A stretch of 64,000 bases of DNA from Bdellovibrionota bacterium (GTDB lineage: Bacteria > Bdellovibrionota_C > UBA2361 > JAFLCA01): assembly GCA_044347745.1 (NCBI GenBank), contig JBIKUD010000008.1, positions 26,841 to 90,840 of the forward strand, read 5' to 3'. How positions within the stretch are numbered: the stretch's first letter is position 1; every line of letters begins with the position of its first letter. The translations under genes were made by a program, and so were the position numbers. Positions 52,290 through 61,914 of this stretch are shown in pieces. The notes below the pieces were generated by a model, which saw nothing but the letters and a program-made list of their open reading frames with translations, was not told the DNA's origin and did not search any database.

Positions 52290-53140
52290 TGCGTTATTAT
52301 TGGGCACTCTTACTGCTATTTTTGCCCACCTTGGTGCGAGCTGAGCCATGTCAACGTGTGGTTCCGCTTGCACCAAGCCTTGCTGAAATTGTCTACGAGC
52401 TTGGTATGGAAACACGGATTGCCGCTGTGCCCGCGTTTACTACCTATCCCGCCGTAGCGAAGCAAAAGCCGACAATTGGAGCGCTTACTGATCTAAATTA
52501 TGAAGCTCTGCTTATGCAAAAGCCCGACATGGTCCTCGCCTTAAGCGAGTTTAGAGAGCGTATACCTCAGATTCGTCAATTGGGCTTGGTTGTTGAAGTG
52601 TTTGAGCATAGATCGCTAAGAGGCGTGCTTGAGTCAATTGATGACATTGGAGCAAAATGTGCTGTTGCCACTCAGGCCCATGCTCTTGTCTCGAAACTTA
52701 AGGCGGGGGCGGATAATGTGCGGAAGCGTTATGCGAGCCAAGCAATTCAAAGAGTATTGGTGGTAGTTGCGGAGGCTTCGGGCACTGCTAAGAGTTACTT
52801 TCTTTCAGGCACCGATGGATATTTTTCTGATGTACTTCAGTTGGTAGCCGGAAAAAACGTAGTACAAACAGAAACGTTTGGGCAATCAAACATTTCAGCT
52901 GAGGGTATTCTTGCTTTAGATCCAGATGTCATTGTTGAAATATTACCCGTAGAAGATAAGCCAGAAATGGTAGAAGCCGCTATCGCCGAGTGGCGACGTA
53001 TCCCTGGGCTCCGTGCGGTTCAGAATGGACGGGTGCATATTTTTACCAAGGACTATCATACTATTCCGGGACCAAGGTTCCTCCAACTTGCCGAGGATTT
53101 GGGAAGAATTCTACATCCCCAGGTGAGGCTCCATGAGTAG
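52289..53140 (+). CDS. Periplasmic substrate-binding protein (class III, BtuF/FecB-like)
   Basis: Signal peptide and VVPLAPSLAEIVYELG. It sits in the operon with the ABC ATPase and permease. Confidence 0.65.
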   Translation: MRYYWALLLLFLPTLVRAEPCQRVVPLAPSLAEIVYELGMETRIAAVPAFTTYPAVAKQKPTIGALTDLNYEALLMQKPDMVLALSEFRERIPQIRQLGLVVEVFEHRSLRGVLESIDDIGAKCAVATQAHALVSKLKAGADNVRKRYASQAIQRVLVVVAEASGTAKSYFLSGTDGYFSDVLQLVAGKNVVQTETFGQSNISAEGILALDPDVIVEILPVEDKPEMVEAAIAEWRRIPGLRAVQNGRVHIFTKDYHTIPGPRFLQLAEDLGRILHPQVRLHE

Positions 53141-53915
53141 GCCAATTTTAGAGCTGAGCGCAGTGTCTGTTACACTTATGGCTCGTAAGGTTGTAGACAC
53201 AATTAGTTTTACGCTCCAGGCAGGGGAGAGACTAGCGCTTGTTGGTCCGAATGGAGCCGGCAAGAGCACCCTTTTAAAATCGATAGCTGGTCTTTTGCCG
53301 ATTCAAACGGGGAGTATCTGTATTGAAGGGCAAGATATCTCTCAGCTTTCAGCGCTTCGGCGGGCGCAGCTTATCGGCTATTTACCTCAGCGTTTTGAAG
53401 TTCGAATCGATATTTCAGTTTACGAATTTCTTAAAGTCAGCTTATACCCTGTGACGGGACTTTATACGGCTCCCGACAGCGATCGCCGTATTTTAGACTT
53501 AATGAATCAATTTAAGCTTCAGGAGCTCAGCGAACGAAGTTTGTTATGTGTAAGCGGTGGGGAGCTGCAGCGAGTGTTGTTGGCTTCTGCGCTTGTGCAT
53601 AAACCTAAAGTGTTGCTTCTTGATGAACCGGGGAGTTTTTTAGATCCCTACAATTACGAAGAAATAATGAAGGTTCTGTTTGAATATACATCCGCACACG
53701 CGCTGACTGTGCTTTCAGTATCACATGATTTAAATCTCTCGGCCCTGTGGAATCATACGCTATTAGCTCTTAAATGCGGACGCAGCGCATATTATGGTGA
53801 AGCGCAAAAATTTATGACTGCGGCCCATGTGCAGGATGTGTTTGGTTACAGTCCGCTCCTCGTTCCTCATCCTCAGGCAAACTGTCAACTTGTCTTGCCG
53901 CGAGGACCTCAATGA
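53133..53915 (+). CDS. ABC transporter ATP-binding protein (BtuD/FecE-like)
   Basis: Walker A GPNGAGKST, signature LSGGELQRV, Walker B VLLLDEP. Confidence 0.85.
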   Translation: MSRPILELSAVSVTLMARKVVDTISFTLQAGERLALVGPNGAGKSTLLKSIAGLLPIQTGSICIEGQDISQLSALRRAQLIGYLPQRFEVRIDISVYEFLKVSLYPVTGLYTAPDSDRRILDLMNQFKLQELSERSLLCVSGGELQRVLLASALVHKPKVLLLDEPGSFLDPYNYEEIMKVLFEYTSAHALTVLSVSHDLNLSALWNHTLLALKCGRSAYYGEAQKFMTAAHVQDVFGYSPLLVPHPQANCQLVLPRGPQ

Positions 53916-54871
53916 AGAAAGTGTGCGCATTTTGTCTAGCGATTGCTATCCTATTAGTCTGTCCTTGGATTGGGGCAGTAGATGTATTTTCCTCCTGGCC
54001 CTGGTCAGAGAATGACACGGCAGCAAGAATATTTTTTGAACTCAGACTTCCAAGAGTTTGTTTGGCGGCATTGGCTGGCGCCGCCCTCGCAGCCTCAGGC
54101 ATGGTATTCCAAGGGATTTTCAGAAATGCGCTAGCTTGTCCGTACACTCTGGGCGTTTCGACGGGAGCTGCTTTTGGTGCAGCGCTTGCTCAGCGCTTTG
54201 CCTGGATGGGCCTTTGGGGAATAGGCCAATCTTTTTTTGCCATGTGCGGGGCCCTCAGCACGGTATTATTAATAGCGTTGTTTTCAAAACGGGCACAGGT
54301 CAGCGCCATGTTGCTTTTAGGCATAGTCATCAGTTTATTTTTTTCTAGTTTGATAGTGCTCCTTCAATACTTAAGTGATTATCACGGCTTATTTCGAATG
54401 ATACGCTGGCTTATGGGAGGGGTTGAAACGGTGGGTTGGGCATCTGTGTACCAAACACTGCCCTTTGTACTTATGGGACTCATCATTTTATGGGTGTTAA
54501 GTAAACCCCTCGATTTAATTTCGCTTGGTGATGATTTTGCGGCGAGTAAGGGCGTAGCGGTAGCTCGGGATAGAATGATTTTGTTTATAGCAGCATCTCT
54601 CATGACCGGTGCCGTGGTTTCGGTTTGTGGCCCAATTGGGTTTATTGGCATTATGATTCCGCATTTTACGCGGAATTCAACTTATTTTGGGCATCGACAG
54701 CAACTTGGATGGAATATTCTCTATGGCGCCGCTTTTTTGGCGTTATGCGATTCCATAGGGAGAACTATCATTCCACCGTTTGAAATTCCGGTCGGTGTCA
54801 TTATGGCTTTGCTCGGCGCTCCGTTTTTTCTTTGGTTGCTTCTAAGCCGTCGAATTGGAGTGCTGTCTTAA
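53912..54871 (+). CDS. FecCD-family ABC permease (BtuC-like)
   Basis: 319 aa with about 9 TM segments. It overlaps the ATPase gene by 4 nt. Confidence 0.75.
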   Translation: MKKVCAFCLAIAILLVCPWIGAVDVFSSWPWSENDTAARIFFELRLPRVCLAALAGAALAASGMVFQGIFRNALACPYTLGVSTGAAFGAALAQRFAWMGLWGIGQSFFAMCGALSTVLLIALFSKRAQVSAMLLLGIVISLFFSSLIVLLQYLSDYHGLFRMIRWLMGGVETVGWASVYQTLPFVLMGLIILWVLSKPLDLISLGDDFAASKGVAVARDRMILFIAASLMTGAVVSVCGPIGFIGIMIPHFTRNSTYFGHRQQLGWNILYGAAFLALCDSIGRTIIPPFEIPVGVIMALLGAPFFLWLLLSRRIGVLS

Positions 54872-55022
54872 ATCGGAAGGGATTAGCCCATCTTTTTTTG
54901 CTTCGCTCAGCGTAACTGCCTTTGTGCTAATATCCTGAATTTACGACAAAAAGGGGACGCTTGAGTGTGCTCTCGGTTTTGCTAAAATACTGGGATTAAA
55001 TCCCGTATTTGGCATATGTGAT

Positions 55023-55511
55023 ATGATAGCAATTGCAAATCCCGAACGGCCTCATGGTCCTAATCAGAATAGTTTAGTGCGGCTGCCGCTACCTTTCGAG
55101 ATACCGGCGAGCATCGAAGTTCCTCGAAGTTGGTCATTTGAAATAGTTAAAGCTACCTCTACACTTCGATTTTTAAGTCCGAATCATGCAAGCACAGTGG
55201 AGGTCTCTTTTCGTCATGTAATGGAAGGGCCTCAATTTTTAGAGCGTGTGCGAGATGAACTTACAATAGCTGGTGCTCGATTTCAGAAGCGTCAGATTGA
55301 AGCCATGAAATTCGGTGATTTTTCAGGGTTTGCCGAATATATAGAGGCCAAGATGCCTGATGAACTAACCTATGTTGAGTACTCGGGGGTGGTCTCTGCT
55401 GAGAAAGGTGAGATAATAATTCGTGCCAGTCACTTATCCGAATTTGTCTATCTCTCAGAGACTGAGGTGCTTCAGCGTATTCTTCTCAGTTTAAAGCTTC
55501 CCAAATTATGA
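55023..55511 (+). CDS. Hypothetical protein
   Basis: ORF only. 162 aa. Confidence 0.3.
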   Translation: MIAIANPERPHGPNQNSLVRLPLPFEIPASIEVPRSWSFEIVKATSTLRFLSPNHASTVEVSFRHVMEGPQFLERVRDELTIAGARFQKRQIEAMKFGDFSGFAEYIEAKMPDELTYVEYSGVVSAEKGEIIIRASHLSEFVYLSETEVLQRILLSLKLPKL

Positions 55512-55592
55512 TCTGAGGCGCTTTGGCTTAAGGTGGCGCTGGAAGAACTGTGCCCAAAAGGCTAGCATGGTGGCTAGGTAGGAGCGAGGCGT

Positions 55593-56432
55593 ATGACACC
55601 TAACCTCAAAAAAACTATGTTACCTATTGGCGTATTTGATAGTGGCCTCGGTGGCCTTACGGTGCTGCGTGAGCTCCGGAAACGGCTGCCTGCTGAGCGC
55701 TTTATCTATTTGGGAGACACCGCGCGTGCTCCCTACGGCAGCAAAAGTGAGGAGACTATTCTTCGTTATGCCCAAGAGTGTGCGCATTTCCTACAGGTGC
55801 AAGGTGTAAAACTGGTAGTAGTTGCATGTAACACAGTGTCGGCGGTAGCCCTTGATGTCTTAGCTAAAGACTCCTCGGTGCCTTTGGTGGGCACCATAGA
55901 TTCGGCGGTGAATTCTGTACTTGAGCTCTCAGAGGTACAACGGATAGGAGTTATCGGAACGCAGGCAACAATAGCCAGTCAGAGTTACGAACGTGCATTG
56001 TTTCAAAATAAAATTGATGCGCAGGTGCTCACAAAACCTTGCCCACTTTTTGTGCCCTTAGTGGAAAATGGGTTATGTGAGGGTGAGATTGTCGATCGGG
56101 TGATTGATCTTTATTTATCTGACCTCAGGGCTGCCCGCATAGACACGTTGATTCTTGGATGTACCCACTACCCAATGTTGACGCGAGCATTGCAAAAGTA
56201 TTTTGGCGCTAGGACCCGAATTGTAGAGTGCTCAAAGTCTGTTGCTTACTCTGTTTCGAGCCTCTTAGCTCAGCAGCAGCTTGAGCAAGATTCTAGCGGG
56301 TTGTTAGGCGATAGTGAGAGGTATTTTGTTACCGACGATGTTGCCCGTTTTAATGCGCTGGCATCTCTGTTTCTTGAGGGGCATACTGTGCAAGCAGTGC
56401 AGCTTGAATCGATTGCATCCATTATTACTTGA
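55593..56432 (+). CDS. murI: Glutamate racemase
   Basis: GVFDSGLGGLTV and GCTHYP motifs. Confidence 0.9.
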   Translation: MTPNLKKTMLPIGVFDSGLGGLTVLRELRKRLPAERFIYLGDTARAPYGSKSEETILRYAQECAHFLQVQGVKLVVVACNTVSAVALDVLAKDSSVPLVGTIDSAVNSVLELSEVQRIGVIGTQATIASQSYERALFQNKIDAQVLTKPCPLFVPLVENGLCEGEIVDRVIDLYLSDLRAARIDTLILGCTHYPMLTRALQKYFGARTRIVECSKSVAYSVSSLLAQQQLEQDSSGLLGDSERYFVTDDVARFNALASLFLEGHTVQAVQLESIASIIT

Positions 56433-56535
56433 ATAAGCGGCTAAGCCCCCTCATAATACTGAAACCCTGCCGAGTATAGGTTTGAAGCGGCAGAAAGTAG
56501 CTTTATGGTGAGGACCTCTTTTTAAAAGGGACTAT

Positions 56536-56964
56536 ATGACCTGGTCAATGTGGCTGGTTCTGGGGTTATGCTTGCTCGCGGGTGAAATGCTGGTTCCGGG
56601 AGGGCTCTTTCTATTGTTTTTTGGCCTAGGCGCGTTGGTGGTGGGGCTACTCAGTATGATTGGCCTTCTTGGTCAGGCTTGGACCGAGTGGATGATCTTT
56701 GCGCTCGTATCGCTCGGTCTCCTTGTCTTGCTACGGGCTAAGCTAAAGCTTATTTTTGGAAAAGGCAGCGTTCAGGATGTTGACTCTTATGTAGGGGAGC
56801 TTGCCGTAGTGCTTGAGAAGTTAGTCGCGGGAGGCCGAGGGAAAGTTGAACTGCGTGGATCAAGCTGGACAGCATTGAATGTAGGCGTATCTGATTTGGA
56901 AATTGGTTCTCGTGTGCGGGTACAAAAAGTAGATGGTCTTACGGTTCACGTCGTCGCTGAGTAA
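56536..56964 (+). CDS. NfeD-family membrane protein (partner of the downstream SPFH protein)
   Basis: Two to three N-terminal TM segments and a C-terminal OB-like segment, GKVELRGSSWTALNVGVSDLEIGSRVRVQKVDGLTVHV. Confidence 0.65.
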   Translation: MTWSMWLVLGLCLLAGEMLVPGGLFLLFFGLGALVVGLLSMIGLLGQAWTEWMIFALVSLGLLVLLRAKLKLIFGKGSVQDVDSYVGELAVVLEKLVAGGRGKVELRGSSWTALNVGVSDLEIGSRVRVQKVDGLTVHVVAE

Positions 56965-56973
56965 TATATTTTA

Positions 56974-57912
56974 TTGAAAGAGGTCTTTATGGGTGGTGGT
57001 CTGCTTATTGTCGCAATGTTCTTCTTGGTATTTGTTGTTGTCGTAGTATTAAAAACTGCGGTGGTTGTGCCACAGCAAAGTGCCTATGTGGTTGAGCGCC
57101 TTGGTCGATACAGAACAACCCTTGGTGCTGGGTTTCACATACTCTTGCCGTTTATAGATCAGATTCGGTATCGGCATTCTCTCAAAGAGCAGGCTATCGA
57201 TATCCCCGAGCAGGTATGTATTACAAAAGACAACGTGCAAGTTGGCGTTGATGGAATTATTTACCTAAAAGTGCTGAATGCTGAGCGTGCTTCCTACGGA
57301 ATTGAGAATTATGAATTTGCAATTCAGCAGTTAGCGCAAACTACCTTGCGATCTGAGATCGGTAAAATTGACCTCGACAGAACTTTTGAGGAGAGATCGC
57401 ATATTAATGGGCTTGTCATAACCGAACTCGATAAGGCATCAGAAGCTTGGGGAATAAAAGTGCTTCGCTATGAGATTAAGAATATTAATCCACCCCACGA
57501 TGTACTTGCCGCGATGGAAAAGCAGATGCGAGCTGAGCGTGAAAAACGAGCTCTTATTTTAACCTCAGAAGGTGAGCGCGACGCTGCAATTAATAGAGCT
57601 GAAGGCGAAAAACAACAGCTCATCAAAGTTTCTGAGGCGCAGAAGCAAGAGCAAATAAATCTGGCCGAAGGTGAAGCCTCTGCGATTTTGAGTGTTGCCC
57701 AGGCAACGGCAGAAGGTTTGCGTTCAGTAGCTGCTGCTATTCATGATAAAGGTGGAGCGGAGGCTGTGCAGCTTCGAGTAGCTGAGCAGTATGTGAACCA
57801 ACTGGGGCAACTTGCCAAGGCTGGAAACACCCTCGTTGTTCCTGCCAATTTAACCGATGTGGGCTCTATGATTGCGTTAGCCATGTCAGCACTTAAAAAA
57901 GGCCAAAACTAG
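56974..57912 (+). CDS. SPFH/band-7 (stomatin-like) protein
   Basis: N-terminal TM, then VVPQQSAYVVERLGRYRTTLGAGFHILLPFID... typical of stomatin/HflKC-family proteins. Confidence 0.85.
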   Translation: MKEVFMGGGLLIVAMFFLVFVVVVVLKTAVVVPQQSAYVVERLGRYRTTLGAGFHILLPFIDQIRYRHSLKEQAIDIPEQVCITKDNVQVGVDGIIYLKVLNAERASYGIENYEFAIQQLAQTTLRSEIGKIDLDRTFEERSHINGLVITELDKASEAWGIKVLRYEIKNINPPHDVLAAMEKQMRAEREKRALILTSEGERDAAINRAEGEKQQLIKVSEAQKQEQINLAEGEASAILSVAQATAEGLRSVAAAIHDKGGAEAVQLRVAEQYVNQLGQLAKAGNTLVVPANLTDVGSMIALAMSALKKGQN

Positions 57913-57918
57913 TATTCA

Positions 57919-58500
57919 GTGAGTGGAGCCCATTTAATGTATAAATTTTTAAAGACCCTCGTTGTCTTGTTTCTGGCGGTAGTTTTTACAGCATCAATAG
58001 TAGGTGCACAGCCTGCAACAAGTTTATACGAGCTAGAAGCCATTTCGCTGGATAAGGAGGAAGTGTCTTTAAGTAGCTATAAAGGCAAAGTTGCTTTAGT
58101 CGTGAACACAGCTTCTCGCTGTGGATTTACCTCCCAGTACCAAGGACTTGAGGCAATTTATAAGGAATATAAAGATAGAGGATTTGTAGTCCTTGGCTTT
58201 CCTTCCAATGACTACCTTTCTCAAGAGCCTGGCACTGACGAGGAAATAAAGAAGTTCTGTAAGTTAAATTACGATGTCTCCTTTCCTATGTTTTCAAAAG
58301 CACCAGTCTCGGGTGCTGAGAAACAGCCGGTGTATAAATTCTTAACCGAGCAGAGCAACGAAGAGTTTCGCGGAGACCCTGGGTGGAATTTTGTAAAGTT
58401 TTTAATATCAAAAGAAGGGCAAGTAATTGGCAGATTTGCCTCGCGAGTTAAGCCAGATTCTGAGGAAATGCGGCAAGCAATTGAAACTGCGCTTAGATAG
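57919..58500 (+). CDS. Glutathione peroxidase (Cys-type), with a signal peptide
   Basis: NTASRCGFTSQY...LGFPSNDYLSQEPG matches the GPx signature motifs. Confidence 0.88.
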   Translation: MSGAHLMYKFLKTLVVLFLAVVFTASIVGAQPATSLYELEAISLDKEEVSLSSYKGKVALVVNTASRCGFTSQYQGLEAIYKEYKDRGFVVLGFPSNDYLSQEPGTDEEIKKFCKLNYDVSFPMFSKAPVSGAEKQPVYKFLTEQSNEEFRGDPGWNFVKFLISKEGQVIGRFASRVKPDSEEMRQAIETALR

Positions 58501-59156
58501 TGGCGAGCAGTGTTACATGGGTCGATGAATCGGCTTAATCTCCAGTAATAATCCAGGGGGCAGGGCAAAAAGACGCTAAATGGCGTCCCCTTGGATCCGT
58601 TAATTTGGGTGCTCCAGCACTTGAGCATCTGATTATGCTTAAGTTAATTCACATATACCTGTAATTGTGACAGGTAGGATTTGAGCGTACGGGGCCTTCC
58701 ATAGTAGTTTTTTTAGGTCGGCTCAGTGAAACCGGTGTAGTTGGCCTCTCTTTGAGCGAGTGCCTTCAGCAAACAAAACGACCGTTGTATTAGGCCTGTA
58801 AGCTGCATCAGTAAAGTCGATGAGCTCGCGAGAGTTTTGCGCCTCAATTACTTTGCCTAAGCAACAGAGAGAATATTACCTGGAAGCAACATCTCTCAGC
58901 CATGAAGAGGTTCAGGCGCTTTGGAGACATTAGAAAGCGCTTCAATAAGGCCAAGCAGTATAAGCGAAAATTCACTTAAGAGACCCAAAAAATCCTCATA
59001 TATTTCAGGCGCTTAGAGGGGTGTTCGATATACCAATTACTCAAGAAACTTTGTGCTTAAGAGCTGCTTCTAAATAAGAATGGTTTGTTTTGTTTATTTG
59101 CTCACCGCCGCTCAAGATTTAACGATTGAAAGCTACCCTAGGGTAAATGGTCGCCA

Positions 59157-60866
59157 ATGGCTCTCGACGATGATGCGATAATTTCTACTCATAGACTGAA
59201 GCCTCACTTTTTGTTCACGGGTACTAAATACCTCCTTTGTGATTCAAATTTAGCTGAAAATGCATTGGCGACGTTTACCTATAACTCGCTGCGTGATTCG
59301 GGTTATGGAAGTTTTGATTTCCTTGCCATTGATAGATATGTGAAGGATGAGCGCCCATATGACCAGGATCTTTTAGCTCTTTGTCGACAACGTCGTCCTG
59401 ATATCTATGCACTCGTTTGGTGGCCGCTTGGTCATCAGTATCGTAATCCCTCTTTTGAGACTCTTTATACTATTAGAGAGCAATATAAAATTCCGATTGT
59501 GGCTTTTTGGTATGACACGTGGGACGAAAAGTTTGTTAAGGATGCAGAGCGGCTATCGCGCCAAGTAGATTTATCGGTAATTTCCGATTCGCTCGAGCAT
59601 TTTGAAAACAGTCCCCAGCTTGAAAGATTTATCAACCTTGTACCGCCGTTTGACCGAAATGTCTTTCAAGATCCAAACTTACCCAGAGATATTCCGATTA
59701 GTTTTAATGGGGCCGTCGGATCATATGCGGATCGAAAAGATGGCTTAGAGTTTTTGACTAGCCACGGCATTCCAGTAGTGAAAACTGGAGGACAGATGGA
59801 AGAGCGCTTGTCGTTGGCAGACTATGCTCAAGTGTTTATGCGCTCGAAAATTTCACTCAATTGGACGCGTTCCGGCCAGAAATTAACCCTAAAAGGTCGT
59901 GCCTTTGAAGCTACTCTTTGTGGCTCTATGCTACTTGAGAGCGAATGCGTTGAGACTACAAAGTACTTTAAACCTTATCGAGATTATGTCCCTTTTAGTT
60001 CGAACGAGGACTTGCTTGTTAAACTACAGTACTACCTAAGTCACGAAGAAGAGCGCAATGCCATTGCCCAAAATGGAAAGGCCATAGCAGAGCAAATTGT
60101 TGATGGCTCGGCTTATTGGCAGAATATATATCGACAGACTCTAGAAAACTCTCGCTGGGATAGCGATGAGGCGATTGGTTCACTGCTTAATGACCTGGTG
60201 CTACGGGGAGAATTTCACCGGGTTTACGATCATCTCTTAAAATTATTCACGCGCTATCAACAGGGTGTTCCGCCTTCCTTTGCCAGCGGAGCAGAAGCGC
60301 AAGGGGGAACTGAACTTTTGTCGAGCTGCTTCGCCCAGAAAAAGCTCCTCCCTGGCTTTATCTCGGTGACACCAACGGACCAAAAATGTGCCTGGATGAG
60401 TGAGGACTCAGGAACCCTGATTGCAAAGGCGCAATTATTCAATTCTGAGCAAGTTGCTCCTGAAGGGAGTTGTGTACAAATACCGGTCATCAGTATTCAT
60501 TGTGCCGAACAGCAAAATTATATTAATGTAGCGGTCGATTTAAATAAGATGTCGATTCAAGTTCAGCTTCTCAAAGACGGAGCCCTGACTGAAACCCTCT
60601 GCAGCATTCCAAAAAGCCTGTCTCCGAATATGCTCCAGATTATTTATGTGCGCTATTCTCCCGAGAAGATCACCCTAGCGGTTAATGGGGTGCTTTGCGC
60701 GAAAATAGAAAATCCTAGAATTGGCAGAGGTTTTAACTTTCTTAAAATCCATCCGTCTCAGGGCGACCACCCTCACGGCTACTTGTCTCTAGAGAATCTT
60801 AGTTATGCGCCACAAGCAATTTTTAATCTGGAACAATACCTTCGCTGTTGTCTTGTAGTGCCGTAG
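59157..60866 (+). CDS. CgeB-like (DUF3880 / GT1-type) glycosyltransferase-like protein with a C-terminal concanavalin/LamG-like domain
   Basis: The central region SLNWTRSG...LCGSMLLESECVETTKYFKPYRDYVPF... resembles the CgeB/Glyco_trans_1_2 family. The C-terminal ~180 aa have beta-rich lectin-like patterning. Confidence 0.4.
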   Translation: MALDDDAIISTHRLKPHFLFTGTKYLLCDSNLAENALATFTYNSLRDSGYGSFDFLAIDRYVKDERPYDQDLLALCRQRRPDIYALVWWPLGHQYRNPSFETLYTIREQYKIPIVAFWYDTWDEKFVKDAERLSRQVDLSVISDSLEHFENSPQLERFINLVPPFDRNVFQDPNLPRDIPISFNGAVGSYADRKDGLEFLTSHGIPVVKTGGQMEERLSLADYAQVFMRSKISLNWTRSGQKLTLKGRAFEATLCGSMLLESECVETTKYFKPYRDYVPFSSNEDLLVKLQYYLSHEEERNAIAQNGKAIAEQIVDGSAYWQNIYRQTLENSRWDSDEAIGSLLNDLVLRGEFHRVYDHLLKLFTRYQQGVPPSFASGAEAQGGTELLSSCFAQKKLLPGFISVTPTDQKCAWMSEDSGTLIAKAQLFNSEQVAPEGSCVQIPVISIHCAEQQNYINVAVDLNKMSIQVQLLKDGALTETLCSIPKSLSPNMLQIIYVRYSPEKITLAVNGVLCAKIENPRIGRGFNFLKIHPSQGDHPHGYLSLENLSYAPQAIFNLEQYLRCCLVVP

Positions 60867-60911
60867 CGTTGGACTGACCGAGGGCTGATCTTTACACACT
60901 CTTGCGAAATA

Positions 60912-61904
60912 CTATTTAAGCCCACTCCTCGCCAACTCCTCAAAGTGCGGCAGAGCTAACTCGTAGAGAGCCTCCTCAGGACTACCAGCGCCGGCATGAA
61001 ACTTAAGGCGGTGTAGCAACACATATGGAAGTATCGTTTTTAAATCATCTTCGTTGACATAATTTCTTCCCTCCAGTACCGCCCAGGATTTCGCTGCTGA
61101 TTGAATCATAAGTGCCGCTCTGGTTGAGGCCCCAAACTGAAGTAGCGGATTGCCCCTGGTTGCTTGGGTTATTTGAACTATAGTTTCCCGAATATGTGGG
61201 TGCACATACACCTGCGAAACAAGAGCTCGTGCATTTAAAATTTCCTCTCGGGTGCATACTGGTTGAATTTCTTGAACGGCACGGGCTATTTGCTCGTGAT
61301 CGGACAAAATTTGCGCTTCAATTTCAGCGTTCACATAAGTCATTGGAATACGAAACAAGAAGCGATCGAGTTGTACGAGCGGCAAGGGGTAGGTGCCCGC
61401 TACATCAAGTGGATTCTGGGTTCCTACGACAAAGAAGAGATCGTCAAGCTTATGGGTGACATTATCTATAGTCACTTGTTTTTCGGCCATACACTCGAGG
61501 AAGGCAGCCTGTACTTTAGGACCAGTGCGGTTAATCTCGTCGGCAAGAAGGACGTGCGCAAATACAGGGCCGTGAATAAACCTAAATTGCCCCGTTTTTG
61601 GCTCAAATACGCTTACACCCAATACATCACCGGGAAGCATGTCGGGAGTAAACTGGACGCGTCTAAAGTTCAAGATATGCTCCGCAACCTTAGAGTGGTT
61701 TTCTCTCGTCACCAGACGTCCAAGAGTTTTTGTGAGAGTTGTTTTTCCGGAGCCTGGATAATCTTCGAGCAGCACATGCCCATCAGCCAGCAGGGCAGCA
61801 ATAACGAGCTTAATCGTATCCTCCCGGCCCCGTATAACTGTAGACAAAGAGTGACAGAGCTTGCTGGAGAGTGTGTGAGCAGAAGAAATGTCTATATCGT
61901 TCAT
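60912..61904 (-). CDS. MoxR-family AAA+ ATPase
   Basis: Walker A in LLEDYPGSGKTTLTK, Walker B VLLADEINR, 330 aa. Confidence 0.85.
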   Translation of the reverse strand: MNDIDISSAHTLSSKLCHSLSTVIRGREDTIKLVIAALLADGHVLLEDYPGSGKTTLTKTLGRLVTRENHSKVAEHILNFRRVQFTPDMLPGDVLGVSVFEPKTGQFRFIHGPVFAHVLLADEINRTGPKVQAAFLECMAEKQVTIDNVTHKLDDLFFVVGTQNPLDVAGTYPLPLVQLDRFLFRIPMTYVNAEIEAQILSDHEQIARAVQEIQPVCTREEILNARALVSQVYVHPHIRETIVQITQATRGNPLLQFGASTRAALMIQSAAKSWAVLEGRNYVNEDDLKTILPYVLLHRLKFHAGAGSPEEALYELALPHFEELARSGLK

Positions 61905-61914
61905 GTTAGCCTCT

